From Selaginella moellendorffii (lineage: Eukaryota; Plantae; Lycopodiophyta): a stretch of DNA of 64,000 nucleotides. Each line of letters opens with the position of its first letter. The stretch's first letter is position 1. A model generated the notes under the pieces. It was not told the DNA's origin and made no database searches. It saw nothing but the letters and a program-made list of their open reading frames with translations. The stretch is taken from contig NW_003314282.1 in the NCBI RefSeq assembly GCF_000143415.4, forward strand, positions 1,445,374-1,509,373, given 5' to 3'. Both the position numbers and the translations under genes were made by a program. Of the stretch, positions 1 through 10,661 are shown piece by piece.

Positions 1-415
1 AAACTCAAGACTCAGGGATGAGATCTGCGAGCTCATCTGTGGAAAACGAAGCCGAATCTGGAGAGATTAAAAGACGATTTTTCTTTCTTGCTCACCTGGG
101 GGAATCGCAAGGACCTGTATTGCCATGAACGAGATGAGATTGTCAGCGAGGGAAAGAAAACGAAGCAACTAATATTAAAACCAGGGAGTGACCTCCGTGT
201 TTATAAGGTGTGAGCTATACCCGTTGGCCTTCAAGATTTTTATTTTCTTAAGAGAATAAACCTGAGGATAAGCTTAAATAGCTAAGAGAGTTAAATATTC
301 TTAGAATATGCTATTTAATATTCCAGGGAAGAGAATAAACCTCAGCATATTCTTACAAACTTCTATAAACCCTAAAAACTTAATATTCCTGGGATATGCT
401 CTGAGATTCGCGCTC

Positions 416-1863
416 TTACTTCTTTCTACTCTTCTTCACGAAGAAATTGATCCCCTCGCAAACGTTTCCCAGCACATGATCCGAGACAGCCCACGGCGAG
501 AGAATCATCTGCGAGAACTCATCCGGCGACGCCTCGTGCATCGTCCACTCCACATTCTTGGCCTGCTCGAACGTGGGAAACGCTCCATAGTTTCTCTGCT
601 CGGCGACGCCGGATCGCTGGCCGGGAGTTACTCCACACCCCGGCGGACTGCTGCTTAGAACCAGCAGCCTCCCTGGCGGATACAGAACCACGGGCCCCTT
701 CTTCTCGATGGAGCTCTCCCCCTCGCACTTTCCCTCCTCGCAAGAACTTCCCTGTTTTTGCTCGCTTGGTCCACCTCCGCTCAGCTCGCTGCACACCCTG
801 CTCCCGAAATCGTCCACGTTGTCCTGGGCTCTCTGGAACATCTGCATTGCGTCCACCGCCCTGGAGATCTTCTCCCAGTCCTCGTCGTGCTTGGCGATCT
901 CGTCGGCCCTCTTCCAGTCGAAGTTGCACACTCGCTTGCGGAGGTCCTCAATGGAAGCCACGGAGAATCGGGGGACGACGTCGTGCAAGCAGACGAAGGA
1001 GGTGGCGAAGCTGGCGCACTCCTTGGCCAGCTCCAAGCTGACGCTGGCCGGCACCGAGAAGCCCCAGCACTCGAGGTTGCGGTGCTCGTCTCGCAACTTC
1101 AGTCCACACATGATCCCCACTGCTGCTCCCATGCTGTGCCCGACTATAACCAGCTTCTCCAGGCAGCTGTCCTCCTGTAAAACTTGCCGGATGTGCGGCC
1201 TCACTTCTTCCAGGAGTGCGTCTGTCGCACGAGCAAATCCGCCGTGTGCATGCCCGGACTCGAACGGAGCTGGCATGGCTCCTGCACTGACAAGGATGTC
1301 AATCACATGAGAAGTCCCACGTACCGAGAGAACCAGTGCTCCATACGAGTGATCCACTGAGAGAGCAAACGCAGGCCGCATGGACTCCTGCTCGGGATTC
1401 CACACGGCTGTGACTATGGAAGACTCGGGCAGATGCGAGAAGAGCGAGAACGAGGCCGGGTCTGCGACGTAGACGGCTTCAGCCATTGCTCTCCAGTGTT
1501 GTGCTCTTACCATGAACTCGGGGTCGCTCGCTAAGTCACTTGGATGACCAGGAATTTCCATGGGATCGTTTTCGGTGATCTACAAGTTGTCACAAACCAT
1601 AAGCTTCCTTCCAAGAATGTAAACAATACGAAAGAAAGAGAGCTTACCTTTGCCATGGCCGCAAGACCAAGTACAACATCCGCGGCCGACCAAGGTCCGA
1701 TGTGATCCTGCACGCACAAAACACCTTTTGCAATGACTGTCATGGGTGACGATTCAGCCCCAGCTGCGTTCTTTGCAACCTGCTCCTTGAGCTTCCAAAC
1801 TCCCACTCTTCCGGCAAAGTAAGCTCCACAGATCCCACATCCCACAAGAATCAGCTTCCACAT
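416..1863 (-). CDS. Lipase class 3 (alpha/beta hydrolase) family protein, 2 exons (1863-1648, 1579-416)
   Basis: Lipase_3 motifs LSVRGT, AHGGF, nucleophile elbow VGHSMG and HDVVPR. A GT-AG intron at 1647-1580 joins ...GLAAMAK to ITENDPMEIPG... in frame. Confidence 0.9.
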
Positions 1864-2011
1864 CCCAGGAGCCTCTCCTGTTCTCTACACCTGCGTCTAG
1901 CTAAAGAAACCTGTGCTCGCTCCTCCACCACAACTAACCAGCGTAACCTTTCCACGTGTCGACTGGCATGAGATTCCAAGTGTCGCTTTCAAGCGAGCTG
2001 AGCTTAACTGA

Positions 2012-3790
2012 TTAATAGATCCTGGGGAAAATTCTCCATGGCACCGCCTTGCAGTATTCTTCCCACACAGCTTTGTACTTGGCTCTGCATCTTGCTTCGT
2101 CTCGTCGCTCTCTCCAGACGAGAAGAATGAACAAATAGATGGGGTAGAAATATGGAACTATCGAGCTGCACAGAGAAAACAAAGTTTGAGAATTGATCGA
2201 CATAGCTATGCCAGGTACCTGGTCCCGCAAGGAAGACTAAACGATAAAGCCAGGAGCAAGTCGCCTAGATAGTTGCAGTGTCTTGCAATCCCCCTTTATA
2301 AATTCGACAAATGTGAGGTGGAATTCTGTCTACATCTATTACTCACCAGTATCCAGAGACGAGAAGTTTTCCTCCGATGAGAACAGGTGGTTTCCCCCAT
2401 ATTGGAGCCTTTGGGTTCTTCTTGAACTCGTGCTTTTGCTTGTTTGCACCTCTAAATATTGCATACCTGGAACAATCAAGCTTCAGCGTAATAAGTAAAA
2501 CTGGAGAAACAATACCCCGCCAAGAAGACAAGAGCATTTAAAAATGCAGCCATTCGAGTGATTTCCGCATTGTTATGAAGCAGCCACCATCCCTACATAT
2601 ACTTGCATGGGGCCCCATTATGCTTCACAAAATCCATACCTGGATGCTAAACGTAAATGGAATCCAGACCATGTCACCAAAAATTAGCATGAAGCCAAAC
2701 TTCTCCGCAATAATGTCCCACCTACAGACAAGGTGAAAATTAAAGTCTCAGATACTCTTGTGAAGTAAAGCACAAGTACGCACGTTGAGGTCATGTATTC
2801 TTCGTACCACAAAAAATCCAGCACGTAGATCTGTACCAAGCAGAAGCATAAATTACGCACTGTAAAGCATCAAATGCACCGTCTTACCGTGCAGAAAACT
2901 TGGTATAAAGCCATTGGAAGAGTCAGGAATCCGGCCTGTTCGATCTGCTTGCTTGCAATTGAAAAATTTATCAGGAGCCAGCTGATCATTCCAGCCTTTA
3001 TCCAGAAAAATCTGCAACAATCACCATGAAGATTCTATGAACGAAAGAAACGAAAGAAAGAGAAAGGAAAAGCAACATACTTGATGTCAATGGTAAGAAA
3101 CTGAGGATTTAGTTGAAGCCCAAACCACCTGTAGCATTACGCATCAAGTTACTACTGCTCACTAGAAATCTCAAACACCATTACCAGTCGTGAAGAGCAT
3201 TTCCGGAAGACTGGCATTTCAAAGAGCTGCTTGGACTTTTGGATGCGTAGCCAGTCAGGCATAGAACAATCGACAGCTGAAAGTAGCTTTTGAGTCAACG
3301 TTAAGAAATCCTCTTATCATCGCTTACCAGGACACAAAGTGTCAAAGTTGTCGAGAATAGCTCCGGTCCACGATCCGCAAGAACCTAAGCTCCCATCATG
3401 TCAGATTATAGAAAAAATATTCCACTTCCACCAAAGTATCGCATTGCTAAGCATACGCACCGTTGGAGGAACCGCCGCTCCCAGGAGCGCCAAGAGCACC
3501 ACAAGCGACAGCAAACCTACATTCCCAGCAAGAAATCAGAAAAGAAGCTCGAAATGCAATCGATCTGACCATTGCATTTGTAGATTATCCGCGTCCCGTC
3601 CGCCAATTCCACCCCAGACACGCGCTGCCCGGGAAGAACAGCCTCCAGCAATGCGAGCAAGCTCAAGAATCCCACAAGAGCCGCTCCCTGCCGATCATAA
3701 CCATCCGCAATCACTACATCGATCAAGAATCCACAGCGCGGCGCTCACCGTTGCGGCGGAGGGGGGCTGGAGAAGATCCGCCCACGCCAT
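2012..3790 (-). CDS. FK: Delta(14)-sterol reductase (ERG24/FACKEL/HYDRA2), multi-exon
   Basis: Exon translations include [76 protein letters not shown] and [34 protein letters not shown]. These are ERG4/ERG24-family signatures. Many short GT-AG introns. Confidence 0.92.
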
Positions 3791-3987
3791 GCCCAAAAGC
3801 CCTAGAAATATTAAGCTTGGAGGGAATCGAACTCCAGACCAGGTATTCCATAAAGGTGATTAGACTAACAATGCTTTAATTAAACGCATCCGGCCATCGC
3901 GATAGCACTGGAATACACAAAAAAATCCCTGCGGAGGAATGAAACTATGTACAGCTGAGTCAGGGCATATTCTGGGAGCGCATCACG

Positions 3988-5700
3988 TCAGATTCCCTGC
4001 CGACACACAGGACAAGAGCCATGTCTCGCCAGCCATTTATCGACACAGTCCATATGGTACGTGTGTTGGCAGTGTGGCAAACACCTCGCGATCTCCCCAC
4101 CTTGAAGCTCCTAGAGATTTTTTTTTTCCCCAACAGAGCAGCGAAAAAGGAGCACAAAAGTTCGAGCTTTAGTGGTCGATCCATCGATTCAATCAGACGC
4201 CAGGCACGAACAATCAATCAGTCGATCATCGATCACTCCAACTCAAGCAGCGACTTAAATGATTCCCGGAGTGACAGACCCACCAGCATTGAATGCACGA
4301 AACACAAGAAACCATGGCGAAGAAAAGGAAAGCGAGCAAGCAAGCATGACTCTCCACTCTATCTCTGCGATAGTAAATTCTGCGAAACCGAAAGGAGATA
4401 TGGATAGGTGTGCGCTTACTTGTAAGCATATCGCGCAGCACACAAAGTCGCCGAAGCCATCCACACAGTTCTCGGTGGTCACCGTGTGCCATGGGAGCTC
4501 CTTGAGACAAGCCTCGGACGCTCCTTTGGTCCCTTCGGCGGGGCCAAACATGTCGTACAGCTCGTCGTAAGTCATGTCGTCAATGTTCACCTGGAATTTG
4601 CTTGTGTTAGCCACGGCAGAAAGCAATCCAAAAGTTCCTGATGATCTGAGATCTATCTACCCATAGCTATTGCTACTTTTCTCCTCGGAAAAAAGAGAAG
4701 AATTTTTTTTTTCTCTCTGGAAAAAAAAGCACAAAAAACCTGCCAATGGTGTGCAGTCAATAATGCTGGGCCAACCTGATCGTGCATGAACCTGCCGTTT
4801 AAGACGTCCTCCACAAACTCTGCCTACAAGCGCACAAAAGGACGTAACACCCGAGAAGTGAAAAGAGAAGAAACAAGAAACGCAAGGAGACGAGCAAAGA
4901 TCACACCTTTATCCAAACTTGTGCGAAAGATATCGCAGCAAGCAACGAACGAAAACGACGACAGGAAAGCTAGCTGGAATGCAAAAGCGAGCGAGCAAAA
5001 GCGAGCAAGCAAAGCAGAAAAACCAAAACTTTAAACTTGCCCAAGCAATCCAAGCAAAGAACATAACGATATCCCAGCCAGGAAGAATGCATGAGTTTTC
5101 TTTCACGATCGGATGAAATGAAAGCCCAGACCACACGTGAGATTGCCAAGAGAGAAGCCAAGAAATAAACGAGTGGAAGAAAGAACTCACCAGTGACGCC
5201 CTGGATCGTGAACCGGATCGCTCAGAGTGCCAGTAAGCACGAGAAGCCTCGAGAAACTCCACCGAGAGCACGGCTCCAGCGACGGCCCCAAGCCCAGCTC
5301 CACGAATCAGCCCACTATCAGTCGCCCGCCCCGCCACAGCGCCAGTCACTGCTCCAGTGAGAGCTCCCACTGAAGAGAAACAAACAAAAAATCAAACACA
5401 ATTGGATCTTAAGTCGACGTTCTAAGACTTACCTATGGCGAACATCCCCGTGAGCGCTCCCGAGAGAGCCCCCGCGACGAGGCGAGGGACGCTACACACG
5501 GAGAAGCCATTCGACCTCTCCGGCGTGGAGGAGGCGGCGGTGGAAGCAGCATCGGCGGCCGCGCTCGTCGATGCCCTGTAGAGATCTCCAAAGTAGTGCA
5601 TTCCCTGCGTCGTCCGGAGCTGGGCGCACATAGCACACACGCGCTGGACCGCCGCATTGTGGAACGTACACGAATCGCACACCCATAGCCCCTGCTCCAT
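3988..5700 (-). CDS. NEP1-interacting protein (NIP)-like RING-H2 E3 ligase with an N-terminal RanBP2/NZF zinc finger, 5 exons
   Basis: Exon 1 [20 protein letters not shown]. Gly/Ala-rich membrane region [37 protein letters not shown] is typical of NIP proteins. RING-H2 CAICLQ|[40 protein letters not shown] with stop at 3988-3990. Confidence 0.88.
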
Positions 5701-6110
5701 CGATTCTCCCGAAATCCCACCCCTCTCGCTGCGCGCTTGGTCGACCTAGCCTAGAACAAGGGAAAAATGCCAAGAAACCTATCGATCCACGCGCTCTTCG
5801 CCGACGGCCTCGAAATATCTGCAATGCGCCACGAGTTTCGCCACTCCCGGCAGACAATCGGGGAAGAAATTCGCTAGCGCCGCTAGAATCTCTCGCGCTG
5901 GAGCGCACTACTTCAGGGGGGAAAAGGGGGGAATCGATCAAAGAACGGCTAGTAGCTACTACGGCGCCAAGGCAGCGGAAGAAACGGAGAAGAGGAACTC
6001 TATGCTCTCTTGCTGTGCGGTAATATGCCCAATCGTATATTCTCTGCCAGAGGATATTCTTTAGAATATTATCGGTAACAGAGTAAAACCTTTGGGTGCC
6101 CTAAGGGTTT

Positions 6111-8195
6111 ATGGCATGGAATGGCGCCGAGAGGTATGGGAGAATGCAGCGCCTAGGCGCGCGGAGGCTCCTCCTGCCATGCCCTAGATCGCTGCGAGAT
6201 GGAGCTCCTTCGCCTCCCCGTTCAGCATTTTCGCCCGGGAATCGCCTGCTACACGGCTGCGCTGGAATATTTCCAGGGTCTGGAGCAGCAAGATCGATTC
6301 GGGATGGATCGCCATTGCCTCTTCGAACGATCTTCTCGTCGCAAAATCGTCGGCTACACTGCTGCGGTCGAGTATTTCCATGCGCTGGGGCCGCGAGATT
6401 GCTTGTGCCTCAGATATTTCCCACTGTCTCGAGCACTCCGTGGAGAATCCAGAAGAGATTCATGGGAGGAGCAAAGAAGAGCATGGCAAGGGCCAGGAAG
6501 AATTTCGCCAAGAAGGTCAGGAAGCAGATCCGAGCTAAGCAGCTCAGCCAGAGGCCACAGATTGCAGCTCTGGACGTCCATCTCCGGCGGGAGACGAGAA
6601 TGCGAATGGTATGGAACGTGAAGCTCATTCTAGCGTCCAGAGATGGACATGTGATACCGTCCACGGAGTTTACCAGGCTAGCCAGAGACCTCGGCTTTCC
6701 CAAGGCCAAGCTCTTCGCGGATTTCGTCAATAGCTTCCCAGGAGTTTTTAAGATCTCCAGCGACCAGGAGGACAGGCGAGTAAGATGGCTCGAGTTTACA
6801 GAGAAGGCGGAGCTCCTGATCGACCAGGAAGAAAAAGTTATGAGAGAATACCACGAGCCTCTCATCGTCCGGAACCTGAGGAAGATCTTGATGATGGTGC
6901 CCGCGCATCGAGTTCTTCTCACGAAGCTCTCTCACATACGATCGAGCTTGTGGATGCCTGACAACTTCAAGACGGCCATCCTGCCAAAGTATCCGCAGTA
7001 CTTTACGGTCACCGGAGCTTACTTGGAGCTAGCAGCATACGATAAAGCTCTCGCTGTTACCACCAGAGAGCTCAACCAAAGGATGAAAGGTGGCGGCAAG
7101 GCTGGCGATCGTGACAAGTACAGCTTCAGGATCTGCGTTGAGCCACACACGGTTCTCCATCGTAGCATTCTGAAGAGGATCTTGAGCTTCCAGCGGCTTC
7201 CGTTCCCAAGCCCCTACGAGCCTGTCGCCGAGCTCGACCTCCGGTCCATGGAAGGACAGAAGCGTGTGGTTGCCATCTTCCACGAGTTCCTCAGCTTGAC
7301 AGTCGAGAAGAAAGCGTACGTAGATCACGTCGGGTTCTTCACTCGTGATCTTGGTCTTCCCCAGAAGCTGGAAGACATGCTCTGCCGCTTCCCACACATC
7401 TTCTACGTGAGCATGAGGGGCGATCGGCACGTCGTCTTCCTCAAGGAGTACTACCGGAAGGGCCAACTTATTGAGAAGCATCCTCTCTTCACCATCAAGC
7501 AGGAGTTTGGCAGGCTCATGGACTTCAGGGTGTTCAGGGAGAGCCGTCCAAGGGAAGTGAGAGGCATCTGTGCGGAAAGCTTTGTCGCGCCACGGCAGCC
7601 AGTGTCGGAAACTGGTTGGAGCTTCCCATTTCCTCCGGCCCCGCAAGGATGCGCTCTACAAACTCGTCAAGGAGACGTGCCACAGGCTAAAGTTGGCGAG
7701 GTTGTCGAAGCAGCAACAGTAGTGGATCCTGTCAAGGGAGCAAATGCACCGCTGACGAATGGTGCCAATCCTCGCTCTCGAGCTGTCATCCTGAAGAAGC
7801 TCGGACTTTTCAGTGACGACGAGAAATCCGACGAAGAAGGAAGACAATCAGTAGCGCCTGCAACAGCTGTTGAAGATAGAGCACCAGATTCGGAGATATT
7901 TTTGCAACTGGGCTTCGATGACGAGGATGAAAGTCCGAAAGATGTTTCTGCAACACCTGGAAAGCAGCCAAGTCTGGGAGCGAAGCTGGGATTTTGTAGC
8001 GATGACGAAAACTCTGACGACGAAAGGCGACAAGTTAGTATCGGTGGAGGAGGTGGTGGTGATTCCTGGAGCTGGAAGGCACTTCAGCCCAGTCCGCAGG
8101 AGGAGCCGCCGCTGGAACGAAAGAGGAAGAAGCGCGTGTCCAAACCATTCTGGGAGAAGAAACCATTCGACGGTTTCAACGATCCATTCTTCTAA
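6111..8195 (+). CDS. PORR (plant organelle RNA recognition; WTF1/RPD1-like) domain protein with acidic C-terminal extension
   Basis: PORR motifs LRKILMM, YPQYF, FQRLPFPSPY, KRVVAIFHEFLSLTVEKK and FPHIFYVS..VFLKEYY. Transit-peptide-like N-terminus. Intronless. Confidence 0.9.
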   Translation: MAWNGAERYGRMQRLGARRLLLPCPRSLRDGAPSPPRSAFSPGNRLLHGCAGIFPGSGAARSIRDGSPLPLRTIFSSQNRRLHCCGRVFPCAGAARLLVPQIFPTVSSTPWRIQKRFMGGAKKSMARARKNFAKKVRKQIRAKQLSQRPQIAALDVHLRRETRMRMVWNVKLILASRDGHVIPSTEFTRLARDLGFPKAKLFADFVNSFPGVFKISSDQEDRRVRWLEFTEKAELLIDQEEKVMREYHEPLIVRNLRKILMMVPAHRVLLTKLSHIRSSLWMPDNFKTAILPKYPQYFTVTGAYLELAAYDKALAVTTRELNQRMKGGGKAGDRDKYSFRICVEPHTVLHRSILKRILSFQRLPFPSPYEPVAELDLRSMEGQKRVVAIFHEFLSLTVEKKAYVDHVGFFTRDLGLPQKLEDMLCRFPHIFYVSMRGDRHVVFLKEYYRKGQLIEKHPLFTIKQEFGRLMDFRVFRESRPREVRGICAESFVAPRQPVSETGWSFPFPPAPQGCALQTRQGDVPQAKVGEVVEAATVVDPVKGANAPLTNGANPRSRAVILKKLGLFSDDEKSDEEGRQSVAPATAVEDRAPDSEIFLQLGFDDEDESPKDVSATPGKQPSLGAKLGFCSDDENSDDERRQVSIGGGGGGDSWSWKALQPSPQEEPPLERKRKKRVSKPFWEKKPFDGFNDPFF

Positions 8196-8226
8196 GCAGC
8201 TCGAGAGGCGAACAACGATTTTTTTC

Positions 8227-9297
8227 TCAGCTAGTCTCGTCAAGGACCGGTTGGCGCTGCATGAGGATCAGGTACCTGTCGCGGATGAAATCCTCGGGAC
8301 CTTTGAACTTGAGCTCGTTCTGGAAGAAGGCCTCTCTCAAGAAAACCAGTGGAGGCTCGACGACACCGCTCACGTAAAAAATGCCGGGGTGTCTCACCAG
8401 ATACGAGCAGAACGTCTTCGGCAAATTCATCTCGGCCCTCAACAGCGTCAGCTTGGAGAGAGCAATCCTCTTCCTCGGTAGCAGGCTGAGCACCTCGTGA
8501 ACGACACCGATGTGTCTCTTCTCGACAACCGGGGATCCTTTGCTGACGTTCGGCTTCTGCCAAGGCTCGTAAGGGGACCGAAACTCCAACCTCTGGAAGG
8601 CTTTGTAGCCTCGACGCCGGGGACGCTCGACCAGATGAAAGCCCGTCTTTGGGAAGGCCCGGCTAAACAGCAACGTCTTCTCTCTGCTCGTCACCGTGAG
8701 ATCCTGGTCCCAAGACGCAAGCTTGAGCACCGGACCCCGGTTGGTCTCTCTGACATTGAAAAACTTCGGGTACCTGTGAACCAGGCCGGTGTCCAAGTCT
8801 CGAGGGAGGCCAAAGTCGGCCGCCAGCCACGAAATCTTGGTGAGTGATATCTCCTGCTCTACAGCCATCATCAGCAGCTTCCTGACGATGTTTACTGACA
8901 GGAGCTCGTCCCGCGACTTGATCACTCGGAGCTCGTCCCTGTAAAGCTTGTCCATCTCGGGAGTAAGGTCGATGTACTTGGTTCCCGAGATGAACTTGCC
9001 GAGGCCGTCCTGCTCGTCGTGAACCTGGAACACGCCCGGGTACTTGGTGGCAACTCCCAGCAGCGTATCTCGGTTAGTGTCCCGCTTCTTCAGCATGAGA
9101 ACTTGGGCTTCCTGCTCGGCAACCAGGCTTACAAGCTGCTTCACGGCCTCGATCCGGCGGTCCTCGAGAGCCACTTGATCCAGTACCTTGACTCGATGGG
9201 TGGGCGGGATGAGAAACTCGACCGCATTCTCCTCGACGGTTTGCATCAAGGACCCAGTTCGAAGAAACCTCTGCGCCGCCACTCTCAACGGGGACAT
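8227..9297 (-). CDS. PORR domain protein
   Basis: KYPGVF, VRKLLMMA, DFGLPRD, FQRLEFRSPY, EKRHIGVVHEVLSL, RHPGIFYVS, VFLREAF. Confidence 0.9.
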   Translation of the reverse strand: MSPLRVAAQRFLRTGSLMQTVEENAVEFLIPPTHRVKVLDQVALEDRRIEAVKQLVSLVAEQEAQVLMLKKRDTNRDTLLGVATKYPGVFQVHDEQDGLGKFISGTKYIDLTPEMDKLYRDELRVIKSRDELLSVNIVRKLLMMAVEQEISLTKISWLAADFGLPRDLDTGLVHRYPKFFNVRETNRGPVLKLASWDQDLTVTSREKTLLFSRAFPKTGFHLVERPRRRGYKAFQRLEFRSPYEPWQKPNVSKGSPVVEKRHIGVVHEVLSLLPRKRIALSKLTLLRAEMNLPKTFCSYLVRHPGIFYVSGVVEPPLVFLREAFFQNELKFKGPEDFIRDRYLILMQRQPVLDETS

Positions 9298-9332
9298 CTT
9301 TCCAGGATCCAGGAGGAGGAGAACTTACCGCC

Positions 9333-10514
9333 CTACAAGTCCCGGAGGTTACCAAGAAAACCCACGAAGAAATCGTCGATATCTTCCTTGTCCTCGTCGG
9401 CGATCTCCAGCGTCACTGTCCGAGGTGGTCCGCCGAGCTCTCTCTCGTAGACGGTCTCCATGAGGCGGAGGAGGTCGTCCCTGGCAGCGGACAGCCGGTT
9501 GGGGACTCTCAGCCTGGATCGGTCGAAGCCTTCGCGGAGAAAGATGGTGTTGTTCTCGGGAATGACTTTGGAGACGTAGAAGATCCAGGGGTAGAGGCCG
9601 ACGAGATGCAAGTACTTTGCCGGCAGCTGGAGCTCCTTTTGGATGAGATTCAAGCGACCAACGACGGCCTTCTTCATCGGCATCAAGCTCAGGAGTTCGT
9701 GCAGCACTGCCAGCGCTCGCTTCTCGGCCTCGAGGCTCTTCCACTCGATCCTCCCGGGGTCCTCGTATGGCGAGAAGAATGGGAGCTCCTGGAAGCGCTG
9801 GACGCGGGGGTGGTCGAGCTGCTGGCCCCGAGCATCGACTTGGAAGGCGTGGGGTGCTTGGACCGGTGCCAAGAGCTCGCGAGCGGTCACTGCCAGCCCG
9901 GGCTCCCAGCCGACGAGCTCGACGTATCCCAGGCTCTTGGGAGTGGTGGTGGTGGTGGCGGGGACGATCCGGAAGCTCTCCGGGTGCTGGGGGATCAAGC
10001 GGCGCTTGAAATCCTCCGGGAGGAAGAGATCGTGCTTGAGATGGCCGAGCTTCTCCATTCCAATGCGGTGGTCGCGCGCCATCATCAGGAGCTTCTTGAG
10101 CTTGGCGAGCGATTCCATGTCGTCGTGCTGCGCGATGGCGGCGTGCTCCTGGCGCAAGATCTCCTCGGCCGCGGGTGTGAGCTCCACCCAAAACTCGCCG
10201 TCGTCGTCCCTCCGGAATTTAAAGACGAGAGGGAAGCGCGCGGCCACCTCGCGGATGATCTCCTTCTTGCGCCGCTTGGCCTTGGAGCGCGAGAGATCTT
10301 CCAGGCTCATGATGCTCGCGTCGCGCGACTCGAGCACCGCCATTACCTTCCTCACGATGTTGGCCGCCGATTCGCACCTCACGGCCCTGTCCAAGTGCCT
10401 GTCGCGATGGTAGATTGCGTTGGCGCGCTCCTCCCAGGACAGGCGCCTGTTGTCGCGCCGCGAATCTCGCCGCCAGGAGCAGCACCGCGCGAGAATGCGG
10501 CGGCGCGGCAGCAT
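9333..10514 (-). CDS. PORR domain protein
   Basis: RDRHLDRAV, RFPLVF, LKKLLMMA, DLFLPEDF, FQELPFFSPY, EKRALAVLHELLSL, YPWIFYVS, TIFLREGF. Confidence 0.9.
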   Translation of the reverse strand: MLPRRRILARCCSWRRDSRRDNRRLSWEERANAIYHRDRHLDRAVRCESAANIVRKVMAVLESRDASIMSLEDLSRSKAKRRKKEIIREVAARFPLVFKFRRDDDGEFWVELTPAAEEILRQEHAAIAQHDDMESLAKLKKLLMMARDHRIGMEKLGHLKHDLFLPEDFKRRLIPQHPESFRIVPATTTTTPKSLGYVELVGWEPGLAVTARELLAPVQAPHAFQVDARGQQLDHPRVQRFQELPFFSPYEDPGRIEWKSLEAEKRALAVLHELLSLMPMKKAVVGRLNLIQKELQLPAKYLHLVGLYPWIFYVSKVIPENNTIFLREGFDRSRLRVPNRLSAARDDLLRLMETVYERELGGPPRTVTLEIADEDKEDIDDFFVGFLGNLRDL

Positions 10515-10535
10515 CGATCGAGCGATCCCCTGCGC

Positions 10536-10645
10536 TAGGGTTTCTGGCGGGAATGCTAGAACCCTAACTAAAACCCTGAGGGTTTTAAAATAACGTTAGA
10601 ACCCTAAGGGTGAAAGGTTTTTGGGCTCAGTGTTGGAGCCCTAAA
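10536..10645. promoter_or_regulatory. Telo-box (AAACCCTA-like) cluster in a 147-bp bidirectional promoter between PORR and PPR genes
   Basis: CTAGGGTTT, AACCCTAA, AAAACCCTG, AGGGTTTT, AACCCTAAGGG and GCCCTAAA lie between ATG 10514 (-) and ATG 10662 (+). Confidence 0.6.
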
Positions 10646-10661
10646 TTTTGAATGGCGATGG

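Noticed and set aside
1-126. Possible first exon of a minus-strand gene (MAIQVLAIPP|gt)
   Set aside because: Both candidate acceptors lead to a stop within ~10-17 codons, and the window edge prevents assessment.
250-400. Short direct repeats AAGAGAATAAACCT
   Set aside because: There are only two copies plus a variant in AT-rich 3' flank, with no TIR or TSD structure.
9349-10538. Long alternative-frame and antisense ORFs over the PORR gene (also over the PPR, EXO70 and FAD oxidase genes)
   Set aside because: These are shadow ORFs expected from GC-rich coding DNA and show no independent motifs.
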